Translations under genes and position numbers: made by a program
Notes under the pieces: generated by a model
The model's database searches: none
What the model was told of the DNA's origin: nothing
Seen by the model: only the letters and a program-made list of their open reading frames with translations
Part shown: piece after piece, positions 1 through 10,660 of the stretch
Position numbering within the stretch: the first letter of the stretch is position 1
Layout: the number at the start of each line of letters is the position of its first letter
NCBI GenBank assembly: GCA_934122085.1
Contig: CAKOVS010000003.1
Coordinates: forward strand, 17,734 to 81,733
Direction: 5' to 3'
DNA from: an uncultured Clostridia bacterium
GTDB taxonomy: Bacteria; Bacillota; Clostridia; TANB77; CAG-508
Length of the DNA: 64,000 nt

Positions 1-2504
1 TCTACTGTATCTTTCTCTTTTCCTTTACCTTTTGCTAAAATATTTGTTGATATTACTTGTCTTCCATCAACTATTTCTTCAATGTTCCATATTCCAAAAT
101 ATTCAGCTTTTTCATCTGTTGTATCTACAAATTCTAATCCGTCAGGCAAATGATCTTTTATTTCTGCAGCATATCCATCTGTTTCTCCTGCATTATATAC
201 TCTTATTGTATATAGTACATAATCTCCTGGTTCTACAATTAATGGAGTTTTGTTGCTTGGACTCCAATCACATTTTATTTTTCTATCATTAATTTCATTA
301 CTTGCATCTTTTTCAATTGTTATTTTAGGGGCTCTGATATATGTACCATCAGACTTCTTAGTATCTGTTAAATATTCGCCATCTTCTATTTTTTCGTCTT
401 TACTTACTGCTGATATAAATTTTACTAACTCTAAATCAAAAGATTTTTTTACTGGTTTTATAACTAATTTTTCAAAATCATCATCATCTTGTTCTCCTTT
501 ATAGAAATACTCATCGTCACCTAACTCGTTTTTGTTTTCTATACTTCCTTTGTAGTCTTCCATATTATCTTTATTAACTTTTGGTGATGAACTTGGTGAT
601 GAATCTCTATCTGTTACATCGTTTCCACTTGAGTCTTTAGCTCCTGATATCCATGCAACATTTGTTAATACTTTTTCCTTTTCACTATCAGCAACTTGAG
701 TTACTTCACATTTAAAAGTTAATGTTTCATAATCTAATCCATCTTTTTCTGAATAAGCTTTTAAACTTTGTGCAGGATTATCTTTCGTATTTACAATATC
801 AAATACTATTGAATTTGCTGGTGCATTTGCTGTTCTAACTTGTTCTACACCAAGTGTAATTTTATATTGATTTTTTTCTTTTCCATCTTTTCCTATTGAT
901 TTTATTATTGCTGGATTTGAATTTGATGCAATTAATCCTGTTGGTAATTGATCTATAATTTGACTTGCATATCCATCAATATCCCCTTCGTTATATATTG
1001 TTATTGAATATGTTATAACATCTTTTTCTTTAACTTCTACTGGTTTCTTTCTATGATTGTATGTTGCTGTTGTTCCTGTTTTCAATGTGTTTTCGTCAAC
1101 TTTTGGATTTCTTGATGGTAAATCTAAATCTGTTAATTTTTTTCCATTTACTTCTATTATGTATTTACGTAATGCTAAATCAAATTCTGTATACTCTGCT
1201 GTTAATTCTGTTTCTATTGTTTCAGGTGTTCTTGTTATTTCAACTAAAGGTTGTTCTCCATCTAAAGTTATTCTATTTTCTGTTTCTGTTCCTTTTAACC
1301 ATAATGTTTTCTTTGTTTCTGTATTTGTAATATTAAATGAAATTTTTATTGTTTTTCCATTTGTTGATGGAACTTTTATATAAAATCCTTCTGTATTTCC
1401 TATGTAATCCGTTATTTTTTTGTTTTGCTCTTCTCCGTTTGAATTTGAAATTTTATAATCAGCTATTTCTTTTCCGTCTTTATCTGTTACTTTTAATTCT
1501 ATTTGTGAAGATATATTATTTGTTCCATTTAATTTTATTGGTCCTAATATATAATTTTCTTCAACTTTTTTTATTCCAATACTATATTTGTTATCTGCTA
1601 TTTTTGTTAATCCTTCTGTATTTATATTTACAGGAGTCTTTGTTGTATTGTATTCATTTGCTCCTTCATTTGCTGATTTTATTAAACTTTTATACAATAA
1701 ATCTGACTCTACTTTTCTTCTTTCTTCATTTGTTCCTTCTCCAATGCTTGCTTGTGTAGTCCAATTATCATCTGTTATCTTTAACCAAAGCCCAGTTTCT
1801 GAATTTACTTTATTATATCTCTCAAAATTTGTTGTATCATCATGAATTATATAATTTGTGAAATACCATATTGCCATTTTTTGAATTGCTATTATATCTT
1901 CATCAGTTAATGTATCTCCCATTATACTAGAATCACCAACTGCTTTTAGTTTTTTTAAATATTCTTCTTTATTTGTAGTTCCAGGAATATATGCATTATC
2001 TAATATCCATAATAATTGATTATATGCTCCTTTTTCTGGAGTTAATAAATCTTTTATTATACTCTCACTTGTGTCTTGAGTAGTACTTGTACTTGTACTT
2101 TTACTAAGATTATTTAATTTTTTCAATATCTCTTCACGTTGTTTTTCTAAATCATATGATAAATTATATTCAACTATATTTGTTTCATTTCCAGTATTAC
2201 TTACCCATGAGTTTCCATACTCTGCTTTTATACAATATAAATTTCTTGGGTTTGTTACCTTGTCTGTTACATTATTTGTGTTATATTGATTAATCTCCCA
2301 TATATAATTTCCACTAGATTCTGTTGGATCTCCAACTCCATAACCTATATTTTTTCCATTAACATTTTTCGACTTTCCTAAGTTTATATAAATTGGTTTT
2401 TCTGCTACTGTTGCAAAACTTCCAATTTGACTTACTAATAGTCCAAAAACTATACTAAAAAACATAATAAAAGCTATTAAAAATTTAAAAATTTTCTTGT
2501 TCAT
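1..2504 (-). CDS. Large secreted surface adhesin with N-terminal thioester (TED-like) domain; partial, C-terminus lies beyond the window start
   Basis: Reverse-strand frame stays open from the ATG at 2504 (RBS GGAAAGGAAAAA upstream) to position 1; the ORF track does not list it because no stop lies inside the window. N-terminus MNKKIFKFLIAFIMFFSIVFG is a signal peptide. Motifs 'NLYCIKAEYG' and 'QKMAIWYFT' resemble the Cys and Gln signature blocks of Gram-positive thioester domains; repetitive downstream domains; only spurious Leu/Phe-rich antisense ORFs on the + strand. Confidence 0.55.
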   Translation of the reverse strand, partial: MNKKIFKFLIAFIMFFSIVFGLLVSQIGSFATVAEKPIYINLGKSKNVNGKNIGYGVGDPTESSGNYIWEINQYNTNNVTDKVTNPRNLYCIKAEYGNSWVSNTGNETNIVEYNLSYDLEKQREEILKKLNNLSKSTSTSTTQDTSESIIKDLLTPEKGAYNQLLWILDNAYIPGTTNKEEYLKKLKAVGDSSIMGDTLTDEDIIAIQKMAIWYFTNYIIHDDTTNFERYNKVNSETGLWLKITDDNWTTQASIGEGTNEERRKVESDLLYKSLIKSANEGANEYNTTKTPVNINTEGLTKIADNKYSIGIKKVEENYILGPIKLNGTNNISSQIELKVTDKDGKEIADYKISNSNGEEQNKKITDYIGNTEGFYIKVPSTNGKTIKISFNITNTETKKTLWLKGTETENRITLDGEQPLVEITRTPETIETELTAEYTEFDLALRKYIIEVNGKKLTDLDLPSRNPKVDENTLKTGTTATYNHRKKPVEVKEKDVITYSITIYNEGDIDGYASQIIDQLPTGLIASNSNPAIIKSIGKDGKEKNQYKITLGVEQVRTANAPANSIVFDIVNTKDNPAQSLKAYSEKDGLDYETLTFKCEVTQVADSEKEKVLTNVAWISGAKDSSGNDVTDRDSSPSSSPKVNKDNMEDYKGSIENKNELGDDEYFYKGEQDDDDFEKLVIKPVKKSFDLELVKFISAVSKDEKIEDGEYLTDTKKSDGTYIRAPKITIEKDASNEINDRKIKCDWSPSNKTPLIVEPGDYVLYTIRVYNAGETDGYAAEIKDHLPDGLEFVDTTDEKAEYFGIWNIEEIVDGRQVISTNILAKGKGKEKDTV

Positions 2505-2677
2505 TTTATTTTTCCTTTCCACTTTTATAATTCATATTTTAAACATTTATACAATTTATATTGTACTATTTTATGTTTTAAAAGTCAATTAAAAATACTT
2601 ATTTTTTCACATTTATTAAATATTATTCATATAATAATTAATAAAACATATATTTTAATAAATTGGAGTGTGATAAT

Positions 2678-3154
2678 ATGTCAAATAATATAGATGATAT
2701 GCTTAACAATGTAAAAAATATGGTTAATACCGGAAATATTCCATCAGAAATTCAACAAATGCTGAATAATATGAAGTCTTCGAATTTAAACAATAATTCA
2801 TCTCAAAATTCAAATTTCCAAAATATGGACATAAATAATATTTTAAACCAGGTTTCACCTGAAATGATTAACAATTTAAGTTCTATGCTTAATTCTAATT
2901 CTTCTAACTCTTCAAATAGCGAAAATTCTTCTAACAAAAATAATTTTAATTTAGATATGAATACTATTTTAAAAATGAAATCAATTATGGAAAATATGAA
3001 TAATAAAAATGATCCTAGAGCCAATTTATTGTATTCATTAAAACCATATTTAAGAGATAGTAAAAAAAATAAAGTGGATCAATATGTAAATATGCTAAAT
3101 ATTAGTAAAATTGCGGATCTTATGAATAAACCTAATAATGATAAAAAAGATTAG
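2678..3154 (+). CDS. Asn/Ser-rich low-complexity hypothetical protein
   Basis: ORF track 2663..3154; GGAG 9 nt upstream of the ATG at 2678; strongly N/S-biased composition (NNNSSQNSN, SNSSNSSNSENSSN). Confidence 0.4.
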   Translation: MSNNIDDMLNNVKNMVNTGNIPSEIQQMLNNMKSSNLNNNSSQNSNFQNMDINNILNQVSPEMINNLSSMLNSNSSNSSNSENSSNKNNFNLDMNTILKMKSIMENMNNKNDPRANLLYSLKPYLRDSKKNKVDQYVNMLNISKIADLMNKPNNDKKD

Positions 3155-3181
3155 TTTTTTACTATCCTAGGAGGACTTTAT

Positions 3182-3544
3182 ATGCAAAACTTTTACAGAA
3201 ATTCTTCACCTTTTTTCTATAATAATATTTATAGAAAAAGTTTTATTTCCAAAAACTATAGGCCTTTTTCTTTTTTCCCTAATTTTTCAGAGAATCAAAA
3301 TAGTAATAATTTTCCAAAAAGGCCTCCTAATGAAAAACAAAATTTTTTTACTGATTCTGATAAAGCATCAAATATTTTCAATCAACAAAATCTTCCTCCA
3401 AATAAAGATTTTGTTTTAGATTTATTTGGATTAAAATTATATTTTGATGATGTTCTTATTTTAAGCTTAATTTTTTTCTTATACAAAGAAGATGTTAAAG
3501 ATGAAGGTTTGTTTCTTTCTCTTGTTTTACTACTTATAAGTTAA
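3182..3544 (+). CDS. Hypothetical protein (Pro/Phe/Asn-rich N-terminus, hydrophobic C-terminus)
   Basis: ORF track; strong RBS 'ctaggagga' 7 nt before the ATG. Confidence 0.4.
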   Translation: MQNFYRNSSPFFYNNIYRKSFISKNYRPFSFFPNFSENQNSNNFPKRPPNEKQNFFTDSDKASNIFNQQNLPPNKDFVLDLFGLKLYFDDVLILSLIFFLYKEDVKDEGLFLSLVLLLIS

Positions 3545-3678
3545 TTAAAACTTTATATGTAATAGTAATTATTTACATTCATATAATTATTCTGTACGGG
3601 AAAATCACCTACTAGGAGATTTTTCCTACATAATAAAAAAAGAAAGACTAGATTTTGACATCTTTTCTTTCCTTTTTC

Positions 3679-4293
3679 TTACCATTTTTCTATTTCTATC
3701 TTATCATTTTTCACACATATATATGCTCTATTAACATTTGAATCTTCAACTCTATCAATTTCTCTTACAATATTAGAAATTCTTACTTGTACTGCTTCTA
3801 GATTTCCAGCTGTAATTATAGCATCTTTGTTTCCCTTTGCTCCCGCATGCGCCAATCCTCTTAGATTTCCTTGAACAATTATATTATCACCTGCAATAAC
3901 TTCTGCTCCAGCATTAACATCCCCTATAATTATAACAGTCCCTTTTGCTTCAATTTTTTGTCCTGATCTTACAGATCCCTTATGAAAAATAGTATATGAA
4001 TTTTCTATTTTTTCCTTGTAACTTCTTACAATACTATGTAATCCAAGACTTGTTGGAGTATCAAAATTTATCTTTACATCTAAATATTGTTTAACAAATT
4101 CTTGTATATTTTGTAGTTCTTTATCTGATAAAATTTTTCCAGAAAATCTAATTGGTATTTTTTCTTCTTGATACAATTTAGTTAGTTCTGGCATTTTTAT
4201 CTTTAGTTCTTCTATAATTTCTTCTTCTGTTGCATTATCTTCAATTTTTACTAGTGTTTCTTCTTTTTTTAGGTTTATGCTAATACAACTCAT
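3679..4293 (-). CDS. minC: Septum site-determining protein MinC
   Basis: C-terminal beta-helix repeats (GSVRSGQKIEAKGTVIIIGDVNAGAEVIAGDNIIVQGNLRG) typical of MinC. The listed ORF start is TTG overlapping a GGAGG; true start taken as ATG (MSCISI) 8 nt after GGAGG. Last gene of the mre cluster. Confidence 0.8.
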   Translation of the reverse strand: MSCISINLKKEETLVKIEDNATEEEIIEELKIKMPELTKLYQEEKIPIRFSGKILSDKELQNIQEFVKQYLDVKINFDTPTSLGLHSIVRSYKEKIENSYTIFHKGSVRSGQKIEAKGTVIIIGDVNAGAEVIAGDNIIVQGNLRGLAHAGAKGNKDAIITAGNLEAVQVRISNIVREIDRVEDSNVNRAYICVKNDKIEIEKW

Positions 4294-4319
4294 TAAATTT
4301 TCCTCCAAAATTATAACTT

Positions 4320-6440
4320 TTATCTTATTTGCTCTACATATGGTACAGCAGACAAGCTTTCACTTATTTCTTCAGCTACATTCATACCAAAATATTGTGT
4401 TAATACATCTCTTGCTACTTCAGCAGCATAATTTCCATGTCCACCATTTTCTATCATTACGGCTATAGCTACTTCAGGATTATCAAATGGTGCAAAACAT
4501 ACAAACCATGCATTTACTATATTGCTTTGTGCTGTCTCAGCAGAACCAGTTTTTCCAGCAACTTCTACAATAAAATTTTTAAATATATTATATGCAGTTC
4601 CTCCAGCCTCACTTGTCGCCATTCTCATTCCTTCTTTTGCTATTTCTATGCTTTCTGCATTTATTTCTATTCCATCATCTTGATTTGTTATTCCTAGCTT
4701 ATTGTTTACAAAATTTCTAATTTCTTCCTGAGATACTTCTGTTCTATCAGTATTCAAAATAGATTTAACTATTGTTGGTTGTACAACAGTTCCTCCATTA
4801 GCTATTGATGAAATATATTTTGCAATTTGAATTGGTGTAAAACTATTATCACCTTGCCCTATTGCTGCACTTAAAGTATCTCCTGGTCCCCATCCATCTT
4901 TTCTTTGAGCTAATGTTCCTGTTTTCTCACTTGGTAGTTCTATTCCTGTTAATTTTCCTAAACCAAAATGTAGAGCATATCTTGCTATTGCATCAATTCC
5001 CATTCTATCTCCAGCTTCATAAAAGAAATAATTGCAAGAATGTTGAAGTGCTTGCGTTACATTTAAATACCCATGTCCTCTATGATAATTCGTATAGTAC
5101 CAACATTTTCTTGGTGGATAATATTTTGTATAAACACCTGTATCATTGATTTTTTCTTTTGATGTTATTGCACCTGTTTCAAGTCCTGCAATTGCTGTTA
5201 TCATTTTATATACAGAACCTGGTTCATACGTTCCTTGTATTGCTTTATTTAATAATGGATGTGTTTCACTATCATTCATATAATTCCATTTATCTGATTC
5301 TAATTTTCCTACAAACCATTGTGGATCATATGAAGGATAACTTGCCATTGCTAAAACTTCTCCAGTATTTACGTTCATAACTACTGCTGCTCCACCTTTT
5401 GCATCATAAACTTGAGAAAATCCACCACTTCTAATTTTTTCTACACAACTTGCTAATGCTTCTTGTGTAACTGATTGTAATGTTGAATCTATTGTTAACA
5501 TTATATTACTTCCTGCAACTGCTTCTTTTGTTACATTTTCACCTGTTATTGTTCCATCTACAGACATTTCAACTTGTTTTTGACCATTTGTTCCTTTTAA
5601 ATATTCTTCAAACATAGATTCTATTCCTGTTTTTCCAATAATATCATCCATGTCATATTTATCTTTTCTTTGTTGATATTCTTCATCACTTATTGTTCTT
5701 GTATATCCAATTACATGTGCTGCTAATGCTCCATTATTATACACTCTTTCAGCGGTTGTATCCATACTTATTCCAGGAAATTCACCATTTCTTTCATTTA
5801 TTTGTGCTACAACTGTATCATTTACATCTTTTGAAATTGTTATTGGTTTTGTTGCACTATATCCTGTTGTTGTTATTAAATATCTTATTGAAATTATTTT
5901 TCTTATATCTTCAATATTATCTGTTGAAATTTGATATTTAGATTTAAATTTATAAAATGCTTCCTCTGCTGTTGCATTTTCTGAAAGTTTATATTTCTTT
6001 TTCCATTTTTCTAATGTACTATCTGATATAGTATATTCAAAAGGTGATATTTTTACTGGAAATGTATCTGAATATGTGGCTTGTTGTTCATTTAATAAAT
6101 TAACTAATTTTAATATTGCTGTATTTAATTCTTCATCAGATACATTTGTTTTATATATTTCAACATTATTAACTGCTCTAATTCCTGCCAATTCTGTTCC
6201 AGATCTATCTAAAATAGTTCCTCTAACAGAATCTATTTTACTTATTCTTGAAAGTCTTGTATTCGATTGTTGTCTATAGCTTTCACCATGTACTACTTGT
6301 AAGTTGAATAATTGAGCAATAAGAATTATCCCAATCGCATATACAAATATTATTATTATATTAAATCTAAAATTAACTTGTTTTACTCCAATTTCTTGTT
6401 CCCATGATGTATCTTTATCAAAGCTAATTCTTTTGTTCAA
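4320..6440 (-). CDS. mrdA: Class B penicillin-binding protein (PBP2-type transpeptidase of the rod-shape cluster)
   Basis: N-terminal TM anchor; transpeptidase motifs SVYK (SxxK), SCN (SxN), KTGSA (KTG); directly follows mreD. Confidence 0.85.
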   Translation of the reverse strand: MNKRISFDKDTSWEQEIGVKQVNFRFNIIIIFVYAIGIILIAQLFNLQVVHGESYRQQSNTRLSRISKIDSVRGTILDRSGTELAGIRAVNNVEIYKTNVSDEELNTAILKLVNLLNEQQATYSDTFPVKISPFEYTISDSTLEKWKKKYKLSENATAEEAFYKFKSKYQISTDNIEDIRKIISIRYLITTTGYSATKPITISKDVNDTVVAQINERNGEFPGISMDTTAERVYNNGALAAHVIGYTRTISDEEYQQRKDKYDMDDIIGKTGIESMFEEYLKGTNGQKQVEMSVDGTITGENVTKEAVAGSNIMLTIDSTLQSVTQEALASCVEKIRSGGFSQVYDAKGGAAVVMNVNTGEVLAMASYPSYDPQWFVGKLESDKWNYMNDSETHPLLNKAIQGTYEPGSVYKMITAIAGLETGAITSKEKINDTGVYTKYYPPRKCWYYTNYHRGHGYLNVTQALQHSCNYFFYEAGDRMGIDAIARYALHFGLGKLTGIELPSEKTGTLAQRKDGWGPGDTLSAAIGQGDNSFTPIQIAKYISSIANGGTVVQPTIVKSILNTDRTEVSQEEIRNFVNNKLGITNQDDGIEINAESIEIAKEGMRMATSEAGGTAYNIFKNFIVEVAGKTGSAETAQSNIVNAWFVCFAPFDNPEVAIAVMIENGGHGNYAAEVARDVLTQYFGMNVAEEISESLSAVPYVEQIR

Positions 6441-6459
6441 TTTTTCACCTTCTTTCTAA

Positions 6460-6993
6460 CTAAAAATATCTTGTTAAAATTTTATCTCCTTTTATTTCGC
6501 TTTCTACTTCATATCCGAAATTTTTTATAATTGGATATATAATTATTATTACAAGGATATTATATATTGTTTCAATTGCTAAGATTTTCAAGAATGGAAA
6601 TATTTCCACACTAACCTGAAAAAATATTATTTGAAAAATATATAATAATATTTCATATACAACTGTACAAAATGCTCCTATAAGTAAAATTACAATCCTA
6701 CTATCTTTTGAAAAATTTTTATCAAATGCTCCTCCAATAATTCCGACAATTGCTAAACATATTGAAGTTATTCCAATATGTTTTCCAATCCATAAATCCA
6801 TAAAAATTCCATATATTATTCCATATATTATTCCTCTACTTCTTCCAATAAATAGTCCTATGAAAAGCACTAATATTATTATTATATTAGGTTTTACTCC
6901 TGCTATTGTAAATTTTACAAAAAATAAAGATTGTATCAAATAGATAAATATAAACACGAAAATTAAAGATATATATATTAATGCTTTTTTCAT
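6460..6993 (-). CDS. mreD: Rod shape-determining protein MreD
   Basis: 177-aa polytopic membrane protein immediately downstream of mreC. Confidence 0.7.
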   Translation of the reverse strand: MKKALIYISLIFVFIFIYLIQSLFFVKFTIAGVKPNIIIILVLFIGLFIGRSRGIIYGIIYGIFMDLWIGKHIGITSICLAIVGIIGGAFDKNFSKDSRIVILLIGAFCTVVYEILLYIFQIIFFQVSVEIFPFLKILAIETIYNILVIIIIYPIIKNFGYEVESEIKGDKILTRYF

Positions 6994-7011
6994 GTATAAA
7001 ACTCTCTTTCA

Positions 7012-7842
7012 TTATTTTATTATTACAAGTACTGTTTCTAGTTTGTTAAAATCTACGGCTGTTTCTATTACAGCATATGAATCAATTCTGTTTGTTCCTG
7101 TTTCAACTTTTTTTATTCTTCCAACATGTATTCCTTTTGTATAGATTCCTCCCATTCCTGATGTTTCTACACTATCACCTTGGATTACATTTGAACCAAT
7201 TTTTAAATTTGTTGCTTTTAATGTTGATTCACTTTCTATTGTTCCTTTACAAGTCATTACTTCTCTTGTTGTACTGGCTAAACAACTCGTAGAACTTGCA
7301 CTATCTACTATTGTTTGAATCTTTGCTGTTGTTGCTGTTGTTGATACAATATATCCCACAAGTCCTTCATTAGCAATAACTGTCATATTTTCTTTTATCC
7401 CATTTTCTGATCCTGTATTTATTACTAGTGTTTTTGAATAGTTACTTATGTCTCTTGATATAATTGTACCTGGGACAGTTGTATATTCTCCATATTTTTC
7501 AGCTAAATTTAATTGTTGTTTTAACTGTTCATTTTCTGTTTTCATTACTTCAAATTCTCTTAAACTTTTTTCAAGTTCACTATTTTTTTGTTTTAGTTCT
7601 TCATTTTCTGTTTTGAGTTCATTTACATTTTCAAAAAATTTATCATTATTATTTATTTTATTTTTCAAATATGTTAAACCATTTTGAATTGGTACAATAA
7701 CAACATTTGCAAAATTTTCAATTGTAGATATATTTTCAGTATTCCTATTTGTAAATACAACAAGTAACACTAATATAATTATTGTTATAATTACTCCTAT
7801 TACTCCACTTTTGCTATTTCTTTCCATACAAATTCCTTTCAA
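7012..7842 (-). CDS. mreC: Rod shape-determining protein MreC
   Basis: N-terminal TM, long coiled-coil (ENEELKQKNSELEKSLREFEVMKTENEQLKQQL), C-terminal beta-rich domain; between mreB and mreD. Confidence 0.8.
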   Translation of the reverse strand: MKGICMERNSKSGVIGVIITIIILVLLVVFTNRNTENISTIENFANVVIVPIQNGLTYLKNKINNNDKFFENVNELKTENEELKQKNSELEKSLREFEVMKTENEQLKQQLNLAEKYGEYTTVPGTIISRDISNYSKTLVINTGSENGIKENMTVIANEGLVGYIVSTTATTAKIQTIVDSASSTSCLASTTREVMTCKGTIESESTLKATNLKIGSNVIQGDSVETSGMGGIYTKGIHVGRIKKVETGTNRIDSYAVIETAVDFNKLETVLVIIK

Positions 7843-7845
7843 AGA

Positions 7846-8874
7846 TTATCTCTTCCTTGCATTTTTTAGTACCGTTTTTAATTTATCTATTTCTTGTAAT
7901 GTTTTTCCTGTTCCTCTTACTACACATTCTAATGGATCTTCCGCAACATATGTTGGCATTCCTGTTTCCATACTAATAAGCTTATCCAAGTTTTGAACCA
8001 AAGCTCCTCCACCTGATAACATTATTCCTTTTTCCATAATATCTGAAGCTAATTCCGGTGGTGTTTTTTCTAATGTTATTTTTACCACTTCAACAATCTG
8101 AGCAATTGAATCTTTTATAGCTTCTTCTACCTGTCCTGATGTAATTATTTCTGTTGCTGGTAATCCTGTTGTAAGATCTCTTCCTTTAATTTTCATACTC
8201 ATTTGTGACATTAAAGGTAATGCACATCCTAATTCTTTTTTTATGTTTTCAGCTGTTGTTTCTCCTATTGCTAAATTTAACTCTCTTTTTACATAGTTTA
8301 TAATATCTTCATTAAGTTCATCTCCTGCAATTCTTATTGAATTACTTAATACTATTCCTCCTAAAGATATTACTGCAACTTCTGTTGTTCCTCCACCAAT
8401 ATCAACTATAATATTTCCACTTGGTTGTTCAATTTCTATTCCTGCCCCAATAGCAGCTGCCATTGGTTCTTCAATCAAATAAACTTCTTTTGCTCCTGCT
8501 CGTATTATTGTTTCCTCAACTGCTCTTTCTTCTACTTCAGTAATTCCTGATGGTACTCCTACAATCACTCTTGGCCTTATTGCATTATATTTTCTACATA
8601 CTTTATCCATTATCCTTTTTAATAATAACTTCGTTGCAGTAAAATCTGCAATAACACCATCCTTTAAAGGTCTTATTGCACTTATTTCTTTTGGTGTTCT
8701 TCCTAACATTTCTTTAGCTTCATTTCCTATTGCTATGACATTACCTGTTTGGTTTTCGATTGCTATAACTGCTGGTTCTCTATATACAACTCCTTTTCCA
8801 TTTAATGTAACTAAAATATTTGCAGTTCCTAAATCTATTCCTATATCTCTAGATTTTAATGATAAAAAACTCAT
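7846..8874 (-). CDS. mreB: Rod shape-determining actin-like protein MreB
   Basis: MSFLSLKSRDIGIDLGTANILV... actin-fold phosphate-1 motif; start chosen at the third ATG after GGAAGGA. Confidence 0.9.
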   Translation of the reverse strand: MSFLSLKSRDIGIDLGTANILVTLNGKGVVYREPAVIAIENQTGNVIAIGNEAKEMLGRTPKEISAIRPLKDGVIADFTATKLLLKRIMDKVCRKYNAIRPRVIVGVPSGITEVEERAVEETIIRAGAKEVYLIEEPMAAAIGAGIEIEQPSGNIIVDIGGGTTEVAVISLGGIVLSNSIRIAGDELNEDIINYVKRELNLAIGETTAENIKKELGCALPLMSQMSMKIKGRDLTTGLPATEIITSGQVEEAIKDSIAQIVEVVKITLEKTPPELASDIMEKGIMLSGGGALVQNLDKLISMETGMPTYVAEDPLECVVRGTGKTLQEIDKLKTVLKNARKR

Positions 8875-8898
8875 TTTCCCCATTCCTTCCAAATGTTT

Positions 8899-9603
8899 TT
8901 ATATATTATCTACACCTATTTTTGAAAAAATACTAATATAATTATTTCCTCCAATTATTATATGATCAATTAAATTTATTCCTAATATTGCAGAAGCTTT
9001 TTTTACTTCTCTTGTAAATTCAATATCATTTTTACTTGGTGTTACGTCACCTGATGGATGATTATGTACAAGTATAATTTGCATTGCCTGTACTTTAACT
9101 GCTTCATTAAGTACATCTTTTATACTTGCTTTTACAAAATTTCCGCATCCTTTTGCTATATCTTTAATCTTTAATAATTTATTTTTATTTCCAAGTATTA
9201 CCACTTTTAATATCTCTTGTTTTTCAAATCTCATTTCTTCAAATAGTATATCTACAACATCACTGGGTTTACTAATTATTATGTTTTTGTAATTGTCTAT
9301 CGAATTCATTCTTGACGCTAATTCACATGTTGCTTTTATTTGAATTGCCTTTACTTTTCCAATTCCTTTTATTTTTTTTAATTCTTCAATTGTTATTTCT
9401 CTTAAAAAATTCAGATTATTTCTATCTTGATTTTCATTTAATAATAAAATTTTTTGCGCTAATTGTACTGATGTTTCTTCTCTCGTTCCACTTTTTATTA
9501 TTATTGCTAATAACTCTGCATTTGTTAAATTTTTTTCTCCATATTGTTCTAATTTTTCATATGGTCTTTCCGTTACTGGTAAATTTTTCATTTTAATTGG
9601 CAT
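8899..9603 (-). CDS. radC: RadC-like JAB/MPN domain protein
   Basis: N-terminal HhH motif, C-terminal 'HNHPSGDVTPSKNDIEFT' JAMM motif; conserved position upstream of mreB. Confidence 0.85.
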   Translation of the reverse strand: MPIKMKNLPVTERPYEKLEQYGEKNLTNAELLAIIIKSGTREETSVQLAQKILLLNENQDRNNLNFLREITIEELKKIKGIGKVKAIQIKATCELASRMNSIDNYKNIIISKPSDVVDILFEEMRFEKQEILKVVILGNKNKLLKIKDIAKGCGNFVKASIKDVLNEAVKVQAMQIILVHNHPSGDVTPSKNDIEFTREVKKASAILGINLIDHIIIGGNNYISIFSKIGVDNI

Positions 9604-9848
9604 GTTATATTCTTCCTTTCTTTTTTATTTTATGTATTTGTCATACCAATTCTCTTTTATATTTCCTTACGGAACCCCCTATTATTGTGTTATCATTATA
9701 CATTGCTTTTTAGTTTTTTTCAAGTATTATTTTATAAATTTAAAACTCTTTTCTACCTTATTCTAGAAATCTTGTATACCTGGTAAATATTGTTTCTTTA
9801 AAAATATTTTTATTCATTGTATAATATAAATATATTGGAGGTTTCTAT

Positions 9849-10337
9849 ATGAAATTTGAAAAAATAAATGATACTAAAATAAAAATATTTTTTTCTTTTG
9901 AAGATTTGAATAAGAATAATATTTCAAAAAAAATATTATTTTCAAATAATACATTTTCACAAAATTTTATCCAATCTGTCCTAAAATTAGCTGAACAAAA
10001 TCTTAATTTTAAGATTGAAGATGAAAATATTTTAATTAAAATTTTAAATTATAATGATGGTTATGTTTTTACTATTACAAAAATTGATTCTAATTTCATA
10101 AAAAATATTGGAAATAATGTTTTTTATAAATTTAATAATTTTGATGATTTCTTAGATTTTTGTACATATGTAAAAAATATGAATTGGTCTGTTTTTGAAT
10201 CATTTTCTTTATTTTTACTAAAAAATACTTATTATTTACACTCATTTAGTAAGTTTTCTAATAATTTAGATAGTATTCTTTGTGAATTTAGCACAAAAAA
10301 AGATTTTTCTTCACGGATTTTTGGGAATTCTAAATGA
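9849..10337 (+). CDS. MecA-like adaptor protein (short form)
   Basis: N-terminus MKFEKINDTKIKIFFSFEDL parallels MecA MEIERINEHTVKFYMSYGDI; 162 aa, shorter than canonical MecA. Confidence 0.45.
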   Translation: MKFEKINDTKIKIFFSFEDLNKNNISKKILFSNNTFSQNFIQSVLKLAEQNLNFKIEDENILIKILNYNDGYVFTITKIDSNFIKNIGNNVFYKFNNFDDFLDFCTYVKNMNWSVFESFSLFLLKNTYYLHSFSKFSNNLDSILCEFSTKKDFSSRIFGNSK

Positions 10338-10607
10338 ATATGGAAAAAATATTTTTATTACTGATGCTATTAATGAATGTATAAATACATTTGATTTATA
10401 ATAATTTAAAATTTTACATATTACTTTTTTAACCAATTTGTGTTTTCAACTACTAGAGCAAATAAGAAAAGTTTCCAATTTTTCTTTGATTTGTTCTCGT
10501 CAAATTTAAGTTTCAGAGCTAAGTGATAAAATCTCGAAGAGCTAACGATTGTAGCTTTTATATACTAGGAAGTTCAGAGAACTTTCCTACTATATAAAAA
10601 AATCGAA

Positions 10608-10652
10608 GGAATAATTTTGAAGTTACTTTTTCGGTAACTTAAAAGTTATTCC
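10608..10652. terminator. Bidirectional intrinsic terminator hairpin between convergent genes
   Basis: ggaataattttgaagttac-tttttcg-gtaacttaaaagttattcc, a perfect long stem with T-rich flanks. Confidence 0.5.
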
Positions 10653-10660
10653 TTTGACTT

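Noticed and set aside
1061-1759. Several + strand Leu/Phe-rich ORFs (1061..1330, 1337..1759 etc.), plus similar ones opposite other genes (e.g. 18665..19231, 5693..5941)
   Set aside because: Typical antisense artefacts of AT-rich coding DNA: extreme L/F/I composition, no RBS, fully overlapped by well-supported genes on the other strand.
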